From positions 310,001 through 374,000 of the forward strand of contig NIVC01000544.1 in assembly GCA_002269645.1 (NCBI GenBank): DNA of 64,000 nucleotides, given 5' to 3'. A program made the position numbers and the translations under genes. The notes beneath the pieces are model-generated. The model made no database searches and had not been told where the DNA came from. It saw nothing but the letters and a program-made list of their open reading frames with translations. Shown here piece after piece: positions 54,306 through 64,000 of the stretch (the stretch's first letter is position 1; the number at the start of each line of letters is the position of its first letter). The DNA comes from Macrostomum lignano (lineage: Eukaryota).

Positions 54306-55696
54306 GCCTAACCAACTGACTGACTAACTAACCAACTAACTAACTAACTAACTAACTAGACTCAACAAGCCCCGTGCTCACCTGATCTGCAACGCAATCG
54401 GACCTGTCATCGTCATCGCCAGAACCTCCGGTGAACTTTTTCAACGCTTTTAAAGCTACGTAGGTGCCAGGCGGAGCCGACTGAAGGCAGCTGGCTTTAC
54501 TGTCGCCTGCGCCTTCATCGCGATGCATCTTTCCTTGTAGTCGGACCTCCAGAACCGTGTTGCCCCTGGCAACCATTTTACGCAGATCGGCGTGCCGATC
54601 GTAAACGGCATCGTCTGGCCCGTGCTTAACTTTTACCTAACGGCACGGTATGCATGCGTGCTCAGGAAGAAATTCAAATGATGGAAACGGCACCTCTCTG
54701 AACTACTACTACATACTCGGATATACTCGTACTATAATTGTGGGCGCCGTCATTTTTTTTGGGGGGGGGGCAGGTCCCTCTTGAACCCCTCTCTTGGCTT
54801 GGTCCCCTGCTCTTGCTCTTCTTTCAGTTTCTTAGCAATGAACAGTTAATTTAGTGACTTTAAGAGAATTAATATAAAAAACTTTTTTATGGACAGTCGT
54901 AATGTACATTAGACCAGCGCCACTGAAAATATAATAATTAATTTGTCAGCCGCGCGGCGGGTTCAAGAGGGTCGCCAATAAACAACTTTGATTAGTCAGC
55001 CGCGGCGTAGGGAGGTAAGAGGGTCGCCAATAAACAACTTTGATTAGTCAGCCGCGGCGTGGGGGGGTAAGAGGGTCGCCAATAAACAACTTTGATTAGT
55101 CAGCCGCGGCGTAGGGGAGTAAGAGGGTCGCCAATAAACAATTTTGATTAGTCAGCCGCGGCGTAGGGGGGGGGTAAGAGGGTCGCCAATAAACAACTTT
55201 GATTAGTCAGCCGCGGCGTGGGGGGGTAACAGGGTCGCCAATAAACAACTTTGATTAGTCAGCCGCGGCGTGGGGGGGGGGTAAGAGGGTCGCCAATAAA
55301 CAACTTTGATTAGTCAGCCGCGGCGTGGGGGGGGGGAAAGAGGGTCGCCAATAAACAACCTTAAGTCGGCCATCTTGTACTCATGAAAAAGCAGAAAGCT
55401 GTTATGCTACAGACCTGAACATCGTGCAGAATGCATTGATAACCCTTGGGTAATATGCAATCTGGCACCGTTGTGGTATGAAGTTTCACGTGAGCATGAT
55501 TGCTAGCCCAGTTGAGATATCTGCACGTTGAAATAAATTTAGCTCGTAACAGTGATAAAAGCCATAAAAAGCATATTGGTCGAGACATGTCGCGAAGCAT
55601 TAATCATTACCTCTCTCCTTGTTCATTTCGTTCCTGCCACGTGAGTACAGTACAGGCAGTTGCATTCGACGAGGCGCTTGCATCCTCAGTTGCCAT
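50527..55696 (-). CDS. Stand-alone ATP-dependent RNA ligase of the T4 Rnl1 / fungal Trl1-ligase type (predicted), 458 aa
   Basis: Seven phase-consistent GT-AG exons: 55696-55611, 55520-55415, 54636-54382, 54176-54014, 53484-53289, 52493-52328, 50931-50527 (1377 nt). Motifs in the correct order: VARG..KALKKFTG, motif I RKANG (K170), Ia GSKN, III TAVFE (E253), IV EGEV (E332), V KKKTAWY. Confidence 0.8.
51078..51701 (-). mobile_element. Internally deleted Tc1 (DD34E) transposon in ligase intron 6
   Basis: TA TSD at 51076-51077 and 51702-51703; TIR CTCAGCAACAGTCAAAAGTTCCACCC; transposase remnant QEDNAPPH..WPSRSPDMNPIEH with 34 residues between D and E. Confidence 0.9.
51750..52240. repeat. 15-bp minisatellite (ggggcgattttccta) in ligase intron 6
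   Basis: About 28 units; degenerate units also lie on the other side of the Tc1 (~51015-51060). Confidence 0.92.
52520..53235. repeat. 21-bp minisatellite (ttgaggtctatcttggtgtYa) in ligase intron 5
   Basis: About 33 tandem units. Confidence 0.95.
53535..53990. repeat. Degenerate ~21-23-bp catagtaaccattt repeat in ligase intron 4
   Basis: Recurrent gtaacc core. Confidence 0.75.
54245..54358. repeat. (CTAA)n microsatellite in ligase intron 3
   Basis: Tetranucleotide run. Confidence 0.93.
54965..55360. repeat. ~52-56-bp minisatellite in ligase intron 2
   Basis: About 7 units of gagggtcgccaataaacaactttgattagtcagccgcggcgt followed by a variable G-run. Confidence 0.93.
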
Positions 55697-55869
55697 TATT
55701 AACTGCAAGTTTTAATTAATAGCTCCTAATATGCTGATTGTAGATAGATATTACCTATTTTTACCTACATGTAAATATGCTTTTTCTTAGCTTCAGTTGG
55801 ACTTTAAAAAGGACTTTAGAAAGACATACTTATGGAACCGCCCAATAGTAAGTGGAACTATAGACGGTG

Positions 55870-56790
55870 CTACTATGGACAGTGGACTATGGACAGTGGG
55901 ACTATGGACAGTGGGACTATGGACAGTTGGACTATGGACAGTGGGACTATGGACATTGGGACTATGGACAGTGGACTATGGACAGTGTGACTATGGGCAG
56001 TGGGACTATGGACAGTGGACTATGGACAGTGGGACTATGGACAGTGGAACTATGGACAGTGGGACTATGGACAGTGGAACTATGGACAGTGGGACTATGG
56101 ACAGTAGGAATATGGACAGTGAAACTAAGGACAGTGGGACTATGGCAGTGGGACTATGGACAGTAGGAATATGGACAGTGGAACTAAGGACAGTGGGACA
56201 ATGGCAGTGGGACTATGGACAGTAGGAATATGGACAGTGGAACTAAGGACAGTGGGACTATGGACAGTAGGAATATGGACAGTGGAACTAAGGACAGTGG
56301 GACTATGGCAGTGGGACTATGGACAGTGGAACTATGGACAGTGGGACTATGGACAGTAGGAATGGACAGTGGAACTATGGACAGTGGGACTATGGCAGTG
56401 GGACTATGGCAGTGGGACTATGGACAGTGGGACTATGGACAGTGGGAATATGGACAGTGGGACTATGGACAGTGGGACTATGGACAGTAGGAATATGGAC
56501 AGTGGAACTAAGGACAGTGGGACTATGGCAGTGGGACTATGGACAGTGGGACTATGGACAGTGGGACTATGGACAGTAGGAATGGACAGTGGAACTATGG
56601 ACAGTGGGACTATGGCAGTGGGACTATGGCAGTGGGACTATGGACAGTGGGACTATGGACAGTGGAACTATGGACAGTGGGACTATGGACAGTGGAACTA
56701 TGGACAGTGGGACTATGGACTGTGGGACTATGGACTGTGGGACTATGGACAGTGGGACTATGGACAGTGGGACTATAGACAGTGGGACTC
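55870..56790. repeat. 15-bp minisatellite (ggactatggacagtg) upstream of the ligase ATG
   Basis: About 60 units with 14-bp variants. Confidence 0.95.
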
Positions 56791-57414
56791 TTGTAACTGG
56801 ACAAGTGACTGAATAAAAACAAATTAAACAGAGACATCAATTTTAAAAGTATCAGATAGCTTCAGTACAGCATCTTTTGATTGTGAGCAGAGCAATAATC
56901 AAATAGGCCATTATTTTAGCCGTAGCATTTAAATTTTAAATAATAGCTATTACTATTAACAAGCTAGACCTTGACAATATATCATAAAAGCCAACTGCAT
57001 TATCATCTAGCTAAAGGGGTAAATTGATAAATCGGAACTTTCAACAAATAAAATGTTCAACGCGTTAATTAGACATAGTGCGATTAACAAATAAATAAGA
57101 CGCGGATGCATTGTGCCCAGTAATTCCACGGCTCATAAGTGAAGTAGCATTTGCTCTAAACAAAAAGGCAAAAATACTTTTGACAGAATGATGATCATGA
57201 CCTGTTGATTGCAATCCTAACAAATTCAAACTGTTTTTGTTATAAATTACTGATGCAATATGTTGTACTCATGGAAAGTTCGTTGCGTTTTTGTGCTGTC
57301 ATTTGCAGGGTAGAATGAGACACTGACTTGTGTGCATAACTTAACTCAAAGGGTTGGTTTGAATTTTCGACATTGAGGAGTCTATTGGGCGTACAAGTTA
57401 GGAAAGAAATCGGG

Positions 57415-57745
57415 ATCGAGAGTACATTTAGGGTAAGAGTGGAGAGGAAATGGTCGGAAGCCAGTGTACATTAAGGGTAAGAGAGGAGAGAAAATGGTCG
57501 GGAGCCAGTGTACATTAAGGGTAAGAAGGAGGGAAAATGGTCGGGAGCCAGTGTACATAAGGGTAAGAGAGGAGACGAAATGGTCGGGAGCCAGTGTACA
57601 TTGAGGGTAAGAGAGGAGAGGAAAAGGTCGGGAGCCAGTGTACATTGAGGGTAAGAGAGGAGAGGAAAAGGTCGGGAGCCAGTGTACATTGAGGGTAAGA
57701 GAGGAGAGGAAAAGGTCGGGAGCCAGTGTACATTGAGGAGGGTGA
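57415..57745. repeat. 44-bp minisatellite (gggagccagtgtacattgagggtaagagaggagaggaaaaggtc)
   Basis: About 7-8 units. Confidence 0.92.
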
Positions 57746-58541
57746 GACGAGATGGTCCAGAGCGAGTGTCGATTGAGGTTAAGAGAAAGAACGAGATCGT
57801 GTGTAAGTTAAAACGCAATTATGCGATGGGTTGTTAAAACACACCCATCGATTTTATGCGAAATACAAAAAAATTAGAAAGGAAATACCGGTTGTAGTTT
57901 TTATTCCCTATCGTGAGAGAAGAAAACAAATTAAACTGCTAAGAAGACAATACGCAACATAATAAACTATATGCAAAATATTTATCTTCTATCTGCTTAA
58001 AACTACAACAAAACAGCGCTATTTCCATCTTTAAAGTCCATATTGTGCACCAAAATATTCGCATATAATAAGTGCAAGAAATTTTGATACTCTAGAAGCA
58101 AATTTTTTAGAAATAGTTAAGAAATTTTAACATTCTAGAGGTTCCGGCGGATAGGCATACGAACGTAAATGACTGCGAAAGCATGCACGGATATGAATTC
58201 ATAAATAATACAGCAAAAGCCAACAAAGCGGAGCAGAATTATGATTTATGACATGATGAACAAAGATGAGTAACATAAATAGTTTTCACTAATTAATAAA
58301 AATAGTTCTACCTTGATACACTGGAGATTCAATGAATAAAACATACTAGTAGAAACAGAAGAGACTGTACTTTTAGATATTGAAAAATTCCTATAATTGC
58401 ATAATGGTACATCGCTAGCGGTCAATATTAGACAAGCTGCAAGTTTAACCCCCGTAATATAAGACATTTTAGAAAATAAACTGAGAAAATTTAAGCTATT
58501 AGTAAAAATTACAAAAATGTTAAAAATTAATAACATTAGAT

Positions 58542-58844
58542 GGGTTGTAGCCTAGATGTTAGAGCTGTCGGAGTCACGACTGAGAGGTCGGGGGTTCGAT
58601 TCTCGACCCGCTGGAATAATTTGTATCCTTGAGCAAGATTAATACTAATAGCAACTTAACTTCAGTTCACCCAGCTGTAAAATGGGTGCCAGCATTAGCT
58701 GGGGTAATTGAGGGTTGGTGTGGCGACCCCCCAGTCCTTGGACTGAACAGCCGTACGCAGCCTTCAGATTCGCCGCGCGATAGCTGCGGCTGAGCTGTCG
58801 GTTGCACTGCAAATCCGGCCATTAATTATTATTATTATATTATT
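58542..58844 (+). mobile_element. tRNA-derived SINE with a CORE-like central domain and (TTA)n tail
   Basis: A-box-like tagcctagatg and B-box ggttcgattc; central tccttgagcaag..ttaac..cagttcacccagctgtaaaatggg resembles the MIR/CORE consensus; tta tail; second partial copy at 44856. Confidence 0.8.
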
Positions 58845-59808
58845 CTTTTAAAAAAAGCCGTATAATTCTACAGCTTAAAAACAACACACTAAAAAAACCA
58901 TAAACATGATATAAGCTAATTTGGCAGTAAGAGGAAGATTATATAATATAATATAGTAATATTATTGCTATTACTATAGGTTTATTATATTATTAATTAA
59001 ATAGCCAAGCAAGCACAGCCAAAACAAAAACAATAGAAACAATGTTAAGATCAATAAGATTAACCTACTTTCCACTGAGCGTCTGTTCGGAGTTTTTCGG
59101 CTATATTTGTGCACCACGGAAAAATGATGCATTTTCAGTAGGTTTTCGGTTTGACTGGGCTGCTTACATTCCTATCGGCTTATTAGATCTCTTACACCTT
59201 CTAGTTTAAACCCCACGCTGTGTCTTATACACAGTAACCCCATCCTCTACCCCATTTTTTTGCCCTCCACTTAGTGGCCCTATAAATCAAATGTACTATC
59301 ATAAGTTAACGCCGATAAACAAATTGTTTGCGCTTAAATGTTACTTCAATCAACAGTCAACTGGTTTCTCTGTTAAGACCCGAAATATTTTACCCAGTTT
59401 TTTTTATCTGGATAGCAACAGGCAAATTATATGCATATTAGAAGCAAGTAAACCTACGAGTAGAAAGGGGTGGGCAAACTCTGGACCGTGAAGCCTCTCT
59501 ATACGGCCTCTCTCCTCCCTTTTCTCCTCTAATCTTATTTCTAATCTCTTCTCTCATCCCATTTCTGGTCTCTCATCTTCTATTCCCTTTCCACTCTCAT
59601 CAGACCCACAGCCATGAGCTGGATTCTTTAATCTGGCGCCATTCATGATACCTGATCACCAACCGCTTAATGAACTACATGTAATAAAGCAGATTAAATT
59701 ACTTATGACATTGTTTAAACTAGACATCAAATTAGATTGAGTTTGCAGGTTACAAATGACAATGATAAATTGATGAAGTCGGGGCAAGATTGATAAAAGT
59801 TAACGAAT

Positions 59809-61658
59809 TTACAATGACTGATTGATGCCCGAATTGCAATCTGCATCCTCTTTAGCCAGGATGTCATTCAATAGCAAGTCGAAGTCCGCTAGATCGCGTT
59901 CAAAAAAGTCCAACTGCTGCGGTATAGCCCCGATTCTATTAGCCAACGGGCCGCAGCCGGCGAACATGCTTAACCGTAAATTCAACGACTTCAAGCGTTG
60001 CACTAGTTTCGCTCGACGCGCCTCTGCGTCAGCTTCTGATACGGCATCTGCCGCGTCAGCGTCGGCATTGGCGAAGCAGGCAGCCAACTGGCTGTCAGTC
60101 ATAGACAATTGCTGCTGTTGCTGCTGCGATTGAAATGCCAATTCTTGTTCAGCACTACTGTGACTGCTACTATGAGTAGCGTGATTGCTTGTTTCTTTGT
60201 TATTTTCTTCTTCTTCCTCCACCTCCTCCTCCTCTTCTTCTTCTAGATCTTCGGAATCGTCTTCCTCTTCTAAGTCGTGTTCTTCGTCTTCTTCAGCGGC
60301 GCTCGGCTCATTCGTGGTCGACAGGCAGCGACGCGACGACAGCCTTGGCGGCGGTGTCGGTGGAGCTGCCGTTGTCATCGAGTTTTTACTGTCCTTATCG
60401 TAGCAATCCTCTATGGGCGCTAGCGCCGCTTCGAGCTGTTTCGGATCGAGATTCTCGCCAGCTCGATAGCAACAGGTAAGTGTCAGTTGACCGGCCGCAG
60501 TTCGAATCGAAACTACTCGACGTTCTCGCGAATCGGAGCCGAGAGCCGCCGCGGCGGCCGACTGCGGGCCGCTGTCGCCGGCCGTCGAGCTGCCACGACG
60601 AATGTTGAAGCACAGCAGGCATCGGTCACTGATCTGTTGACGTCGGGCAATTCGATAAGCTGGTAGAACGCGACTCACCGACCACAGAGCTTTGAGTGAC
60701 ACCACTAATCGATCGAAAGTTTTCATTCGCTTGATAGCAGGATCGGCCTCTTCATCTGAGAATTGAAACGTCCACACCTGCAGTCAAATTTTTTTTGGAT
60801 GATATATAAACTGGTGCTTTGATTTTAGTCTGGTCACTCTGGTGAGAACATCGGTTGAAGGACTATTTCTATATTTTTTTCCTAGCGCATTCAGTTCCAT
60901 AGCAACAGAGTCCAGTATAGCATACAGTTCCCTAGCAACCGAGCCCAATACCGCATTCAGTTCCCTAGCAACCGAGTCCAGTATAGCATACAGTTCATAC
61001 AGTTCCCTAGCAGCCGAGCCCAATACAGAATTCAGTTCCCTAGCAGCCGAGCCCAATACAGCATTCAGTTCCCTAGCAGCCGAGCCCAATACAGCATACA
61101 GTTCCCTAGCAACCGAGCCCAATACAGCATCAGTTCATACAGTTCCCTAGCAACCAAGCCCAATACAGCATCAGTTCATACAGTTCCCCAGCAACCGAGC
61201 CCAATACAGCATTCAGTTCATACAGTTCCCTAGCAACCGAGCCCAATACAGCATTCAGTTCATACAGTTCCCTAGCAACCGAGCCCAATACAGCATTCAG
61301 TTCATACAGTTCCCTAGCAACCGAGCCCAATACAGCATTCAGTTCATACAGTTCCCTAGCAACAAACCTCAAGAAACACGCGAGCTGGACTTCTCTCGGA
61401 GCATAAGTAAATCTCTACCGAGTGGCTGTCGTTGTTGCGCAGCTCAAAATTACTGCTAAATTGACTTTTGATTGACACGGCAATGCTTGGATCGTCCTCT
61501 AGAGACAGGCCTAGCGACACCTGCGGACTGTAGACTTTGCAACTACAGCGGAACACTTTGCTGGATCGGCTCTGCAGAATAACTTGGATAGCCCGAAATA
61601 TAAAGTAACGAATCAGTTTTTGGACAAGTCGACGGTCCTCCTGCTGGCTTGGCTCCAT
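59809..61658 (-). CDS. ATG13: Autophagy-related protein 13 (HORMA domain), about 419 aa
   Basis: Exons 61658-61368 and 60777-59809 (phase 0). DRRLVQKLIRYFIFRAIQVILQSR, VEIYL..FLEVWTF, FDRLVVSLKALWSVSRVLPAYRIARRQ and C-terminal QLDFFERDLADFDLLL match ATG13. Confidence 0.85.
60885..61365. repeat. 33/42-bp minisatellite in the ATG13 intron
   Basis: Unit gttccctagcaaccgagcccaatacagcattca[gttcataca]; begins essentially at the splice donor. Confidence 0.93.
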
Positions 61659-63339
61659 TGTGATTGGCTAGCCAGCCTAAATTAATCCCCTTAGTCAACA
61701 AAACGACTAAAACTTAGCCTGCCGGACTTGGAAACTTGATTACAAGCTCTGGAATGTTTTGAAAGTTAGTAGTAAGTTAAAAAACAGTAAGATTATAAAA
61801 ATACAAGGTTTAAATTGCAAACAATTATAAATTTAACTAATAATTATATATAAATCTGGTTTTAGAACTGTATTAAATCGAATAATTAAAGCCAAGAAGG
61901 CTAAAGAGCTACCATTTAAGTATCAAAGCCAAAAGGTAGAAAATGCTTAAAAATTCTCAAATAAAATAATTCTATGTAATCTTATTCTTAGCAATTTTTG
62001 TAATATATAGATATATGAAAAGTTCACTTTGGCAATTTGAAGTGCTTTAACAAACATTAAACAAGACAAATATTAGAACTTTTGTATATTTTTCTAGATA
62101 TATTTTTATTACATAGATTTTATTTTATCCATAATTATAACTTTTAAAATATTAAAATTTAAAAAAAGTTACTATCATCAAAGTTATCACTTATCAAAAA
62201 CATCAACCAGATAAAGAATTATGTATCCATCAACTAAAATAAAAGCACTAATTTAACAAAACTTTTTTAACTTTAAGTAACTAGCCAGTCAAGCAATTTT
62301 ACCTAAATATACTACTAGTACTAGTAGGTAAAAATATATAAAAAATTAATATAACTCTATAAAAACCAGAATGATCAAATGATCTAATCAAAAGTTCAAT
62401 TACACATGGTCTATGCCACCATGGTATGGACTGTGGTCATTTTGCAACAAAATCATTAACAATCTAGCTAAGATTAAAAATCATACTTTTCTTATTGGAG
62501 TATTCTTATTGGGACAAAAATCATAAATAATAGTCTCATTCTGCAGAAAAGGTAGGTCGGGTGTACCACACTCCTAACATTAATTGTTTTGAGTTTTCTT
62601 TACTTTTAAATGCTATAGTTAGATTTTTAATATTACCAACACCTTGTTATTGAGACAATACCAGCCTCATAAAATAGTACTAGGAGAGATCTCAGACAAA
62701 ATTAATTATTACAATGAAAGTCCATAGCAGAGTCATAATAGTCAAAATACAAAAAATCTCGAAATGTCAAAATTAAAAAACCGCCACCCACGCGCGATAA
62801 ATAATTGTGATTACTCATTATACGTTTTGTAACGTAATAATGCTAGCCTAACGAGCTAAAAACTTTTTCAATAACAATACTAGATGTTTATCTTATCTAT
62901 TACTTATACTCATTAAACTTTAAAACATATGAAGTTGAAAATTTGTTATTTTTCTAGCAGCCTTTTACGGTTATATTGCGTTGCTTTCGGAAAATACGAG
63001 CTTATTTGCACTTCTATGCGCATTGTTTTTGTAAAACCATACATTGGAAATATAAAGAACTGACAATAAATTTATAAATAGGCCTTAGCATGGAACTTTT
63101 CAGTAAAGGGACAATAGCTAGCATTTACTTCTGATCTTTCATGCATGCGCATAAATTGATTGACAGCAAAATTAGTCTAGCTGCTGCATGTACTTTTGAG
63201 TTTTAACGTTTAACTAGCAATCTTCGCCCCCCGATGGGGGACATCTAGATAGAATCTCTGTTCTCTACAAGTAACAAACAGACAGCGAAATAAAGCCTTC
63301 ACAAAGACAACAGACATTCCCTCTAAAAGAAAACATCCC

Positions 63340-63515
63340 AAGACAGCAAGCATCCCCCAGATAGCAAGCACCCCCCAAATACAATAGCAAGAAGCATCCG
63401 GCTGCTGCTGCTAAGTTGCGGCACTGGCGTGGCGTCACCCCCCCCCAAATAGCAAGAATCCCCCAGATAGCAAGCATCCCCCCCCCCCCCAGATAGCAAG
63501 CATCCCCCCAGATAG
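63340..63515. repeat. Degenerate ~19-bp repeat (atcccccagatagcaagc)
   Basis: About 6 units with variable C-runs, interrupted by a short unique segment. Confidence 0.65.
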
Positions 63516-64000
63516 CTCAGCATATTGCTTTTTCAGTTGATCGCAATTTTATGTACATGTAGTGTGTAATTGATATATAATTCATTTACTTAAGATGTAC
63601 GCGTAGTAAAGCACTTAACCCGGGTAGCATTTTGACGTCAATTTGCGGTTGCGTTGACGTCGCAAAAATTACCTTCGCAAATCTATTCACCCCAGCCCGT
63701 CTTCGTTGATATTGTAGTTTATTTTTGCATAATTAGATGCCAGAGTCAATATGCATTTATAGTCATCATTTTGCTAGCTCAATTATGCCTGTAAAATAGC
63801 AAAGAAGTAACGTAAAATATTCGTTGAAAGTAGGTTGAAAAATCAACGTCAAACTTTAGTCATTATGGAACCCAAAATTTGACGTTTCTATGCTGCATTA
63901 CTATATAATAACGTAGATTGAATGATTTTTATAACACTAAAAAAAGTAAGGGAAAAAGTAAGGCTCGTTTTTTTACAGTTTTATTTTGTTAATACGTGTT

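Noticed and set aside
36780-55696. Functional linkage of GTPBP2 (ribosome rescue) and the RNA ligase as a tRNA-repair cluster
   Set aside because: They are on opposite strands, ~10 kb apart with unrelated genes between them; eukaryotic adjacency alone is not evidence.
58542-58615. Intact tRNA gene
   Set aside because: It has A/B boxes but no complete cloverleaf, and it continues into a SINE body with a second genomic copy.

Overview
Eukaryotic (animal) genomic DNA with GT-AG introns and no prokaryotic features. The gene content and the minisatellite-filled introns suggest a Macrostomum-like flatworm; this is an inference and the organism cannot be identified from sequence alone. Splice-phase-consistent gene models were built by hand for: a pleiotrophin/midkine-like protein (-, 5 exons); a CK1-family pseudokinase (-, 5 exons); an ankyrin-repeat TRP channel (+, 2 exons); kintoun/DNAAF2 (-, 6 exons); GTPBP2 (+, 4 exons); a profilin-4-like gene (+); ATG13 (-, 2 exons); and a 7-exon, 458-aa gene (-, 50527-55696) carrying all the nucleotidyltransferase motifs of T4 Rnl1/fungal Trl1-type ATP-dependent RNA ligases, which is the most notable item. 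Two ankyrin-repeat exons (-) lack a clear 5' end. Most long introns are filled by a tandem minisatellite whose unit is specific to that intron. Mobile DNA includes P-like MITEs with 8-bp TSDs next to a THAP relic, a Merlin-like MITE, an unclassified CCC..GGG MITE, a deleted Tc1 and a tRNA-headed CORE-like SINE. Repeat-array coordinates and copy numbers are approximate hand counts, and no database searches were run.
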